Below, piece after piece: positions 1-14,000 of a stretch of DNA of 64,000 nucleotides. The stretch covers positions 7,254,001 to 7,318,000 of the forward strand of contig OZ176054.1 of assembly GCA_964247055.1 (NCBI GenBank). The letters run 5' to 3'. Each line of letters begins with the position of its first letter. Position 1 is the first letter of the stretch. The position numbers and the translations under genes are program-made. The notes beneath the pieces are model-generated. The model worked only from the letters and a program-made list of their open reading frames with translations. It did no database searches and was not told the DNA's origin. The stretch is from Paragordius varius. Taxonomy: Eukaryota > Animalia > Nematomorpha.

Positions 1-444
1 ATTTGTTTAGGACTCTATAGATAAAGAACTGTAAAATTTGATAATTAAATTATGACAAAACAACTTTCATTACATCAATTACTTCTTTTTGCTCTGCATA
101 AAACTCCCCTAAAATGTGATCGCTTAAAAAGATTTAAATGTAATTCAGTGTTAATGTTGATTTAGGCCCATTAAAAAGGGCTTAACATAGAGTTCATTTT
201 TTCGATTTGTTGTTTCTGTAGTTAAATAAGGTAATTTTAATTTTCAAAAATGAGCGTCAAAAAAAGTCTAAACTTAAGGATTTTTTATTTTAAAAAGTTG
301 TTGTTCAATAGTTAAATGTGAAAAAGTGAGGAAAGATTTCGGACATGGCTCTTATCCTGATTCTTAAAGCTTTTTTCTTTATGTATTAAGTAACTTTTTT
401 ATTAGTATATTTTTTATCTAAATATTATACTATTTTTTGTGTAG

Positions 445-3400
445 ATTTGAATGGAAATTTTAGAATTATGTTCGCCAAACTTTTCACGATTATGTTCATC
501 GAACCAATTTCCAAAAAATTTGAACTATCCAACAGGGAATATATCATACCCCTTACGAAGAATGTTCGAAACTTTACATTATTGAAACAACTCTCTCTAA
601 CAAATTTTTTCGATGCTTTTCTAAATGCACGCATCTCCATATCATTCAAACCGAGGGGATACCTTTCATCTAAAATGTAAGTATACATTTCGTTGAAAGA
701 TTATTAATTGTAAATTAAATCTATTGATAACCTTTAAAAAAAAAATTTAAAGGAGGAATCTTAGATACTTAATAAATTTGTTTAATAGGTGACCAAAACA
801 AGAAATTGATTGCGTATCAGGAATGTTTTTGTATAATAAAAATACATTTTATAATTTTTATTTACGGTAACGATATCAAATTTAATAATTTCATATTATT
901 TGAAAATTAATATTTTGCACAAAAAACTATTAGAGAAAGGATTACAAATGATTTGGACCCTCCGTCTTTTCCTATGTTACAACTGAAATATTTTGCTCTA
1001 TCATTCTTGAAAGATTCTCTAATAAAGGGAACAAATTTGAATCGAGATCCTATTGGTGGATCATATGCTGCATCATTTGGGTAAACTTATATAGAAAAAT
1101 ATGAAAATACACTTAAGAACATACATTATAAAAACTGCTAAGACCCATAATGTAATAGTTTCTGTCATGCCCACTTAACATACTAATTTTCTACTTAATC
1201 AACGATTAAAAAATAATATATATTATGGTGTATAATAAGATATAAAAAAACAGTAACCTCCATATTCAAAAATCTACCGATTTTAAAGCTATTATTTATA
1301 AATTACACGAAGAACTGGAAAACAGCTTAAAAACTATAACAAGATTTTTAGAAAGTTTTAACAAAAAACGATTCTATACATAAATTATATCATATACTAA
1401 ATATTTATAAATTTTGATTGAAGCTTTTGCGATAATTATAACGTGGAAATTTAGTATTTTATAAAAAAATATTAATAAAGCTTTATTGAATGTTTTAACT
1501 TATTTTCCATAATTTTATTATAAATATGTGATAGAAATAAGCCCTTTACTTGACTGCATATAATCATCTGTTTGGCACATTTGGTTTTTATCCATATTTC
1601 CCTCCATTTTTATGGATTATAAAGCCCATATATCACTCTTTCTTAAAATCTGATCCCAAAACTCGCAAATTATCAAATTTTATATTATATTGTGCGGCAA
1701 AAATGGGGATCAAAAATGTTGCATTGATGAATTCTATAACATTCTAGAGCTAATCGGGATATTGAATATAAAAAATTAATAAGGTTAACAATGTGGAAAA
1801 CAGTTAATTTATTTCTGCTATTAGCCAAAAGCAAAAAATCGCATCGCTTATTAGGTCGAATAAAATTAAATACAATGGAGAAAAACGCATCAACGAAATT
1901 TTATTTTTAATATATGCCAGTATAATATTAAATGCAAAATATTATCGATAAAGATTTTACAATTTTTTTGAGGGTCCTTGATGTACAGGTATTAAAGCTA
2001 AAAAAATCGCACTTTGCGTCAAATTACTTGTTATTATCGGCAAAAGATTTTAATTTTTATTTAAGCTATCATTTACCATATATTTAGAGTTTATTCAACG
2101 CGTTTTTACTATTTGTACCAAAGTAGAAGTAGCGTATAATTTTTACACAACATCCAATATAAATATTTATAAATAAAATACAACAAAATCGCTTAAAAGT
2201 TGTGATTGAGCATTTTGGCGCCCTTTTGGTTATTGATCCCGGTTTTTGGGCATAAAACTCCCTAAATCAAAAAAGTGAGTCTATGCATCAGTTTTATCAA
2301 TTGAATTGTCTAGGAAATGTGTAACTTGAAAAGATATAAGGAAATTATATTTATTTTATATAAGTCTCAAATCATTTTTTGAACGCGTTGGGTAAATCTA
2401 AATATAATTATTTGATAGTCAAAACAAAATTAAAATCTTTCACATCATAACAAGGTTGCTTGATTGGAATTCCACGCCAAATTTCGATCTTTCAACTTTA
2501 ATTGTTGTAAGTCTTTAAAGGACTCTAAAAATTGTAAAATCTTTATTGATAATGGTAATAGTAACAAATATTATTTAGATGACGCGTTTTTCTCCATTGC
2601 CTCAAATTTTATTCGATTTTATGTGCGGAAAAAAGCTATTTTTTTGGCTAATTGCAGAAATATATTAACTTTTTTTTACCATGTTCGCATTTATTTTTGA
2701 TATAATTATCAAGAAGCTTTTAGCTATCGAATGATGTATGATATAAAGCAGCATTTTTGATGCGTACCGTGTTATAATTTTTGACAAAGTGGCGAAATTT
2801 GTCCACGCTGTTACATTACAAAACATGTTTTTACATAGGCCAATATTAAACATATGCAATCAATTAATGCTCATGGGGTATATTAACTCAGGGGACATAT
2901 TGCTTCTTTTATCAATAATAAATCCAGCAGAAATTGAAGGTGCTTCCGATGAATTCTTAAATGGAGGTTTGGTTGACATGAACATTGATGAAAACCTCAA
3001 ACTACAGGTTTTGTGAAATTTAAACTTATAAAACACATAATCACAAACTGTCAAAAAAATGGATTTAATTTAACAATAAATATACCCATAAATACATTGC
3101 TTCAACTGTTTTAAATGGGTTTATGGGGTGAGAAGAATTTAAAACCTAGTGTAATTCATCAAATAATAAAATTCGCGCTATCTTTATTTTATTTACATTT
3201 AAGTTAGTTTTTTTGAAAATATATTGCGGACTTAATTTACACAAAAATGTCAAATTAAGATTTACATAAAAAATCGGTATGTGGTAATCCGAACCAATAA
3301 TCGTATTGAGTAAAAACAATTGGCCAAGGGTTTAACATATCATTAATGTTTTATTCAATTTTGATGTATTACTATTTTTGATAGATATACAATCAAATTA

Positions 3401-6400
3401 ATTTTAGATATGCTATTTGCTAAACAACATTTGCGATTTACGAACGAGATTTTATATTGAATCCATTGTTGGCTATGCCGAAGAGTTTTGTCGTACATTG
3501 CAGCGCGATCAAAAAATACGATATTTGGAAATAAAAACAGCCGATTTACCAGCACCCATAGCAGCAAAAATGACAAAAGAATTTAGGTGTCCCCCCGAGC
3601 TGCAAATGGAAACTCTGCTAAACTTTAGAGATAATACGAATGCACTGGAAGACAACTCCGATGATAATTGTCCCCTCCGATTGGACCAGAGAAAAGAGCT
3701 CCTTCGATTTTATGATACTTTGATGAGTAAATTATTTGTTTATAAGTTTACAAATCAGCATGATTCCAATTACTTATCAAAAGTGGGCTTTTTTATAGTT
3801 AGCACCTTGCTCTTTATACATTCGACCTTAATTGTTAAACATTTAAATATCGTATTACCAATCAATTATTTTAATAATAAAACCTAATTTAAACTGTTGA
3901 AATGTTTAATTTTCATTTTTATAATTAAGACCCCTTTTAACCCGACATTCCCTTCAAAAATATCAATTTTATAACCCAAAAGCACCTACCTTTTTTACCA
4001 ATGGTTTGAGTTCAAATAGTTAATGATACATTTAAAATTTCATTATAATTTTTAAACTTTAAAGATTTTTATTATCTTTTAACCCAAAAACTTTATTTTA
4101 ATTTTAAGGGCTTTGTGATGTTGAAACGCCTGAAATAGCTGAAGTGATAAAATCACCCCATAAACCATTGGCAGATAGAATTATTTCCATCATAGAGAAA
4201 TTAATACAACGACAATCTCAAGAAAATATTACGCAACAAAGTGTTAAAGATCCCCTACGAAATTTAATTGTTAAGGTTATGATTAAATGGGCAAAAGAAA
4301 GTACAGTTCAAGATCCAAAGTTAGTAAAGGAAATTTTTACTCTATTATACCGTCAATATAATCAACAAAAGGAGGTATACTAGTAATTTTTTTATATGTT
4401 TCTGAATAAATAAATACTAATATTTCTTATCATAGCTAAACGAGGCCCTTAACAAAACTTATACCATTGTTGGAACAAGTAGTCATGATTTTCTCCATTT
4501 TTTGAATACGTTGGTTAAGATCCGCTCTTTGCTTTATGTACAGATGGATTTCATAGAGGAAAGAATTATGTGCGAAGGATTATGGTTAAAACTAATGTTT
4601 AACAATTAGGGATTTAGCTAATAACAAAATATTTTTTCAGCATCCAAATTTGATTAGACTTCTTGGAGTCAATGAGTGCGTTAATCATGTTATGTTAAAT
4701 ACGCTCAGCAAAATGTCCATTAAGAATGAGTCCGATCATCAAGTTTTATTTATTTAATCCTAAATTATTTTATGATATAGGAATCTAATTGTAAGATTAT
4801 TACGGCGTGTTGTCGTTTCCTTTGTTTTTTCTGTCGTAGCAGTGCAAAAAATCAACAAGCAATGTTCGAACATCTTTCTAATCTATTAGATCATGCATCT
4901 ATGCTTTTGGGTATTATTATTTGTTTATGGATGAAACCAACTGACAAAAGATTTTTAGACCAAAATAATATATCACCTTTTTTTGTTACTAAATAAAAGA
5001 TAGAGGAAACGACTCTATTCGATATATATTATTTGCACTTCAAAAGTGTCCTTTAACACTTTAAGTTGGTCCTTGAATATTTCAAGTTGGTCCTTAAAGT
5101 TTTTAAATTTTATTATAATTTTTGCATGTTTTTTTATTATATTATTTTTACATTTTTTTCTTTATTTATTATTTATTTATTTATTTAAAACAAAAATTTT
5201 TAATTCAAAAACTACTTTTTTTGTTTCTAACTAACTTTTTCCAATTTAACAAAATCTTAAGTTATAAATATGTTTTTATTGAAAATAATAATGCAGAAAA
5301 TTTATATATTTTTTAATTACATGTTAAAATCTTATAAATATTCAAAATAATTTTAAAGAAATTAATAAAGATAACGTAAAGTTTATTTGAATAAAGAAAA
5401 TTAGATGAATAAAACACGATTAAAAGTTAAAAACCAAACAAACAAGTTAAAAGACCAGCTTGAAGTGTTCAATGACCATCTTGAAGTGTTAGAGGACACT
5501 CTTGAAAAGCAAATGGTATAATTTTATTCGACCTGGTTTGCTAAAAATGCATTTTTAATACGTTTATTGAGTAATTTAAAATTTAACTTATAAATTAATT
5601 TAATAATTAGTGAACTTTTTAATTTAAAAAATCCCGTACATTTATTGAAAACACATTATCTCCAGAAAACAGCGAAGGTTTGCCATAAAACTGCTTATAC
5701 CATGCCTTATTCACTAAAAAATGTAATCATATTTTTTAAATTTATTAAATACTAACATATATTTGTAATAGATAAGCCATCTTTGCGCGGTTCCACGCCA
5801 TTGGATGTTGCCTATTCATCCTTTTTAGAGAACACAGAGTTATGTTTAGCCCTTGGTGAAGGGGAGATTGAAAAAATAATTCATTATTTGGCTCGTTGTG
5901 GGGTACAAAGTAATTCAAAATTGATTGCAAAAGGTTTACCAGACATAGGATGGGATCCTGTGGAAGGGGAGCGATATCTAGACTTTCTTAAATACAGTGT
6001 GTGGGTCAACGGTATAAATATACTTTTTTTCCGATTTTAATATGGTATTTGAAAATTTTTAAAGTAATAACTTTTTTTGACATGGGTAACGTCTTCACAT
6101 ATATACCTTACTATTAATAATAATATATAATGTTTTGGAACTCTTTTCGATTTGTTTGATTTTCACATAATTTTTTTGTGGGATTAGTAACTGGCTGTAT
6201 CTCAAGGTGATCCCTCACATACTGCTGTAAAAAATAATTATATAAAAACATTTTCTGAATATCATATAGCGCATGGTCTTAAACTATCGAAAATTAACAT
6301 TTTATTCCCTCTATAAATAGTTTATTTTTACACTTTATTGATGCACCATACATTACTGTTTTAAAAAAACACATTTTTGGCATAATCCCTATTTTTTATT

Positions 6401-9400
6401 CAAATCATTATGATAAATATTGATTAACTAGAATAAAATTACAAATAATTTAAAAACTAGAACTATGCTGTTTTGCTGCCTAAAATTTCAAGGCACCACA
6501 TGCAAAGTTTTCACAATATACATATATATATATATAAAGGGTTAATTTTTTTAACTAAAATTTTTTTTCATAAGATAATCTATGACCAACGAATTAATTT
6601 GCTGCAAACTTTTTGAAATACTAAAAGAAATCAAAATTGGGCACAAAGTGAAAATGATAATAATATAATCAAAACTTGAGACATTACGGTTTAAAATCAT
6701 TTTAGGAGATATTTTCAATATATAAATTAAATAATATAATTAGGGTTTTTATTAAAACTCAAAAAAACGCGTTTTAAAACATACTTAAAAGACATATTTT
6801 TTATCAAACTATATTAAAAAAATTTATTATTTTTTACTAGTTAAACTCACTATTAAAATCTTAACATTCATATTTTATTCAGGAAAAAAAATTATGTATC
6901 ACAAAAAAACTAAAAAATATTGTTTTTTATTTTTATATTTTTTGACATCAGATTTATGATTATATAAAAAATTTATACTGTTTTATTTAGAAATCTAACA
7001 TGATCGTATTTTAAAGTATATAAATTTATGCAAAATAGGATTTAAAAGTAATAGAATATAACCTAACAATCCGTACAACAGATTTTTTTAAGACCAATTA
7101 ATATTTTTATTGGGATATGTACGGATTTATGGTTTTTCCACTGCTTGTATATCCTATTTTGTATTAATTTATATATTTTCCCGCTCATGTAAGATTATAA
7201 AATAAAACAGCAAATTTTTTATACACCTTTAAACCAGATAATAAAAGACAAAAAAATAAAAAACCATATTTTTTAGTTTTATTTTGATATATAAGTTTTT
7301 ACTGAATAAAACATAGTTAATATTGTAGTAGTGTGTTTAGCTAGTAAATAATTAAAAAAAATTATTTTAATAAAAACTTTTTTTGCCTTTTAAGTATGTT
7401 AAAAGGAAAACGCGATTATTTGATCTGAGTTTTTGCACAAATCCTAACTATATGATTTTAGGTTATTTAAAATTGTGTGCTAAAATTATAATAATTCTTA
7501 ATAAATCAAGTTATATCATAATTTTTTAAATTATCCTCAATTATGCTTAATTTTCACTTTTTGCTCAATTTCGATTTTCTCTCAATATTTCAAAAACTAG
7601 GCCGTAAACAAATAAAAAATTTTACGACAATGAATCCGAAGCTATCTCTCGATAAAAAAATTATTTTGTTAAAATTTTTTGGATACAGTGATATATATAT
7701 ATTATATATATATAGGTGAATGTCTAGAAGAAAATGCAAATTTGATAATACGTCTTCTGATTCGTAAACCTGAAAGTTTAGGTCCAGCCTTAAAGGGTGA
7801 TGGACACGGTCTACTAAAGGCTATGAAACAAGCTATAAGGTTTTCGAACGAATTGTCAATTTCTCTAACGCCTGATGAGTATATTTTATAACTTTGATTA
7901 CAATAAGACTTTCAATGATTATATTTTAATAACGTATTATTGCTTAAATACAAGGTAATTGGAGAAAAAGAGAGAGGTGTTAAGAAAATACAATTTTATT
8001 CAGACTTATTAAATTATTTCTTAATTAGGGATATTTTCGGGCGTTTGCGGAAGTCAAGATCAAGAGTCTTGCTTTGTAGATCCCCTTTCTATCAATAATA
8101 ATTAAACATATTGCTGTTAAATAGTTTTCAGACTCCGAATAATAAACAAAGGCCAAATGAGCAAAATAAACTGGTAAAATCCAAAAACGGAAGAGCTGAT
8201 ATTAACCGAGAAATTTTTTTAGTGTCGTACATTTGTAGTACATAAAAACGGCGATGTATTTAAATAATTAGCTATCAGGCGAATCATGTTTTATATTCTA
8301 CTTGTACGAATATGATTTCAGCTCATTAGGAATCGATTTAAAACATGGTTTGTATGTGTTAAGATAATTTTTATATGTTTTTAGAGATGATGAAGATTAT
8401 GTGGATATGGGGAGATCTATATTAACTTTTTATTCGGTGCTTATTGAACTTTTGGCCAAATGTGCTGTTAGTGGAAAAGATTTAGCAAACATGGAAGCCA
8501 ACAATGCTCAAAAATCTGAATCTATCCGTGCCAAATCCATTCTAAAAAGTTTGGTTTCAATGAATGATTTGGAAGGAATATTAAGTTTACGTTTCAAGCT
8601 TCCAACTTTTACAGCTTCAGGTTATTTCTGATAGAGTCAATTTTAACATTTATATCAATATAAAAGATTAATTTATTTATATTTTAACATACATCGGAAT
8701 CGATTAACATAGATCATAACTAAGAATACTACAAAACATTTGCCATAAATAAAATTATGTGTTCTCATTTAGAACTTCCAGGGCTAAACATTGTATTTTC
8801 TAACATCGCATCACCAAACAGTTTATTAAATAATCGTGATAAATTTTGAATAAGAATCATCAATTTTTTAATTATTTTTATTAACTAATAAAAAATTATT
8901 TGTTAAAAAGATGTGCTTTTTACCAAAAATTGGGCTAAAAAAGTTAATGTAATTATAAACTTATATTGCTATGCCAAATTTAATATAGTTAATAATGTAT
9001 ACCCACTGCCTCCTGGATTGATTCCGGAACACAAAGCTTCTATGGTCATGTTTTTGGACAGGGTGTACGGAATAAATGATTCTCCAACTCTTCTACACAT
9101 TATTGAACATGGATTTTTGTTGGATATCAGAGAAGCTATTATTCTCGACTCGGTAAACCACCATCTAAATATATTTGTATTTTAATATTTATTCAATATT
9201 TACTAAACTAAAATTTATTAAATTAGACTAAGTTGGGTCTAATTTAACATTAAACCTATGTTTTTGAATTGAAAGATCGAAAAGGGTATATTGCTAGGTA
9301 CCAAGTTATTCATAATAATATGGTTTGAAAGATATTAGAAGTCAAAAATTTAGCCTACAAATTATTTTAATTTAATCTTAACCAGATAATAATGATACAA

Positions 9401-11047
9401 CTAAAATATTATAAGAAATTATACAATTAACTTTTGTATTTCGGTTAAAACATTTTTAGCCAAGTAAAATTGCCTTTTTTATTGATTGGTTTTAATATTT
9501 ATGAACATGAGCCCTCTAATTTCGAGGATGGGTCTTATAGGTATATATTCGAATGCATATCTTCTCTGACACTATACCCACAAAAAATATCCTATTAAAA
9601 TATAATTTGTGATAGCAAAATGTACATTTGGTTTTGGCCCTTACGAGAGATTTAAAAATGATATTAATCTTTTATGATAATATACATTTTTTGGCGAAAG
9701 TTAAACCCTTTATTCCAAAAATATCAATGAATATCATAAACTACATATAAAAAGCAAAAAATTTTATAAAATTTTAATAATATATTTTAATGATTTTGGA
9801 AGAAAAGCATTTAACTTGCACTAATTTTTTCAACAAAATTTGCGCAAATTCTGTCATTTTCTGATGTGGAGCACTTATCACATATGTATAATTACTAAAT
9901 AAATCACTCATAGAAGCCAAAACCAAAAGCACCATGATAATCTAGAGACAGTTTTCTTACAGAATATATAAATTTCATCAGGATATTTATTTATACCCAA
10001 CAATTTTGTGCGCAATGTTATACACAGGCATATATTTCATATTAAAAAAATATTTATTTGAGGGCTAGTTTCATTAAGGAGAGCGATACATACTGAAGTA
10101 GGTAGTAATGATATTTGATATGTTAATATTATATAATTATCTTTGATAATTAAGCATTGTATCTTACATCATTTTAATAAGTTAAAAGAAATTAATTTAA
10201 ATTAATTATATATTTCTAAGATTTGTTGTATGTTTTAGGAAGATGCATCAGAATGCGATTTAGCACTAGCCCTAAACCGTTATTTGTGCAATGTAGTATT
10301 TCCATTTGTATCCCGAAATCATGAATACCTAAAAAATACCCTAAACTTATCATTACTAAATACCTTAATATTAACAACATACCGTTATGCTCTTTGTCGC
10401 TCTTTAACTAAAAACCAAAGAAATTCTACAATGGAATTTTTACTGAATCAGATACAGTATATATATTTAATTTATTACTCGGTACACATAAGTTTTGCAA
10501 TAAGGACCAAATTTACTTTGAACATAAACAACACGATGCTTGCGCAATTATCATCAAATTTTTAAGTTTTTATCATATGTATTAAAGTTAAAACCAATCA
10601 TTTTTAAAAAAATTTATAAAATAACATTTTTACATGTATTTGCGCTCAAAATATACCGTTTTATTTAACCCAGATATTCTGACACAACTTTATATTATAT
10701 AACCGATAATCTCTGTTGATTTGTATATTAAATTAACGGTTATTTTAATCAATAACGATACATTTATTTAGATGTGTACCTCCGAACATGATACGATCGA
10801 TGCTTCTTAAATGTATAGTTGATCTGCAACTCCTTAATGAATATACGATTGTACCGTTAAAAGTTTTGACATGGTATTATAATAACAATATCAACTATTT
10901 TTCCAACTCTTTCTCGGGTAATGTTGAATCTAACCAAACTATTTCAACTGATGATGACAAAAAATATTCTGCTATGTTATTTTTTATCATATTCCAATCA
11001 TTATCACAGAGGGTTAGTTTAATTTATTTTAAATGACTATTTGAACT

Positions 11048-11078
<31 letters not shown>

Positions 11079-14000
11079 TATGGTGACTATAAGGCATTTT
11101 GTGGTTTTATGATTAAAATTACATTGTTATAGTCTGATAGTATCTGTAGTAATGATTAATATTTTTGGTTGTAAATTGGTACATAAAAAATGTATTTTTA
11201 TTTTGGTATAATGGTGTTAAAATTTATGGAAATTAACAATTAATAAACTAAAAAATATCGAAAAAACAAACAAATATTATAATTCATTGAAGTTTTTAAC
11301 ACATTAATTTGTGAATAACCATATTTTGTGTTCGAGTAAGTTTTGTTTATATCATGATAATAACCATTGTAGGAATACAACCATGATTTATTTGATACTG
11401 CTTTACCGTGTTTAATTGGTATATCTTCCGCCATTCCTCCAGACTTTACGATTGGCCCATCTTTTAACAAAGAGCTTAATGAAATGCACGCAAAAATACC
11501 ACAAAACAATCATTATGTTCCTCAGCCTATGTTATTAACTGAGTATGCCTTTTAATTATTTTGGTAAAAAGTTTTTGGTTAAAAAATACATTTTATGTAA
11601 TTTTGGACAATTTGCGTTTAAATTAACATTTTGGGATGTAACGTATCAAATCCACATATTAGAGGAAAAAACAGGATATATAATAAATGAAATAAAAATC
11701 ATAAACAGTAAATTAACTATAGACATTTAAAATTCATTGATATATATTAAAAGTAGAGCTCATTACCCCTTATAAGAAATAATATATATATAACAAACCA
11801 TCTTGATTCTTAATTTATTTTGTTTATTCCCGTTAAAACCCATTTTTTGTCGTTTTTATCTTGACTTTAGCTTCAAGACATACCTACTATTTAATAAATT
11901 TACCCATAATATAACATTTCAGCGTTCCAAAAATAAACATTTTTTTATTGATTTTAGAGTACCATCGATTCATGATTTTGATTATGCCTTAAACAAGTAT
12001 GCTGAACACTACCATAATGCTTGGGCATCAAGAAAAGTTTTAGTGATTTCATATAATTTAGTTTGAAAGAGGTTGGGTCTATGGAAAAAACAGAAATGAA
12101 GATACTAAAACACATCCGCGTTTGCGTACCTTTGAAAGATTAAGTGATTATGTAATTAATTATTTTTAATAAAATAAATGAAAATATAAATTTAAATGTT
12201 TATCTATTTAGAAAATTCTATATTTATTAGGAAATCGAGCGATACATTGAACCTACACGCAACTTTATTAAAGTAATACAAAATTTAGGATGGAAAATTT
12301 CAAAAACTCAATCTCCAGATAACACGATAACCACTTTGAATTTGGTTAATAGGAGACGTTCATCACGAACTATGGTATTATTTTATAGTTAAAAACAAAT
12401 TAGGATTCAGATCCCAATTATTTCAATCCACAAATCGTGGATATGTCAACTATAACACTGTCTTCAGAGGTTGAGGCACTTGCCAAAGATTTAGCAATAA
12501 ATGCTCATGAAACTTGGGCCAAAGCGTTTGCGATGGAAATGATAAAACGACGTAAGAATATTGATACATTTATTATAAAAATTAAACCTTTTTTGTCTCA
12601 TTTTAATGGCTATTTGGAACAGAACCGCTTTTGTTAAACCCAAAACGCAAACGGAATTACAAAAAATGATTTCTTTATTTGGTGATATTTTTTGTTTTTT
12701 GAATCATAAATGTCAGATTTTTTGGAAAAACAAGCATACAATCGATTTCGTAGCATATATGTTTATATTCTAATTGTATCAAAATAATTTGGCTATCTTT
12801 TAAAAATGGGATCTAAATCAGATTTTAGTGAAAAATGGAACATACCAATTTTTTAGCAAAAATACTCTTTGGAGCCGGCCGCCATTTTGCCATGCCGTTT
12901 AAAAATATCTGCCGGAAATAATAAAAAATTGTTTTAAAATCGGATCCGACAAAAGCGGTTCTGGTTCCAATCTTTTAAATAAAACTAATAATGATGAAAT
13001 ATTAAATTGGTCTGATTAAGGATTCACATAAATATTTATTCTTAGGGTCTCCATGTTCCATACTTTATGTTCCTTATGATCTTCTAACTGATATGGAAAA
13101 GCGAAAAGAAATGTTCAGAATAACAGAATTTCTAAAATATATGCAATTGTTGGGTTATCGTTTCACAAAAAGAAACGAAACACCCTTAATGGTGAATCAA
13201 GAACTAGGTATTTCAGGGACTCAGAACTTATTTGCTTGGAATTTATTGGATAAATGTCTGCTTTATATGGAGAATGCTATCAAAACCATGGCTCCAATAA
13301 ATCCTAGTCTTAAATTTAAAAAGCATCGTTTTATAACACGCAAAATAAATACGGACGTTAAATTTTTCTTTGAGGTTAGAAAAACAATTATTTTATCATA
13401 TAATCGTTAATTACTTCATTTCTAAATACTATTTTTGCTAAGGAAGACGGGGATGATATTTTAAGGATATTTGATCAAATATTATATGTAAATCGAAACA
13501 AGTTAATGAATTAAACTATTAAAAAAATGATTTTTAAATCTATTCACACCCCTATGCTATACACTTCCTAAAAATTTATAGGTTGTATTACCCCTTTCCA
13601 AATCCTACTTTGAAGCCCATCAAAATTACTTTATCAAAAATTTAGAAAAATCAGGTAGTGGTGTAATCTCAACTACCGATAAAGAAATTCTTTGCAAGTA
13701 AAAATATTTTGGGACAATTTTTTTATAATCTTTATATACCTGCCATTTTTGGTCTTTTAGATGCATGTGTCGTATGGCATTATTTTTACGCTCAAAATTC
13801 TTTTCCTTTGGACCTCATGTACCACTCACAGTTAATTGTCTGAATGCAATCATAAATTCCATCGATTTCGAGTTTAAATTCATTTTTATCTAATAACATA
13901 ATATATAGGATGTTGTGTAAGTATTCAAGTAATATGGTAAGGACTATGCTTTATCCCTTCTTTTTCAACGCTGCTAATGATATAGAAACGATGGTGGATT

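Noticed and set aside
789-830. Candidate small RyR exon
   Set aside because: The required phase gives an immediate TGA, and exons 445-676 and 934-1080 join in frame without it.
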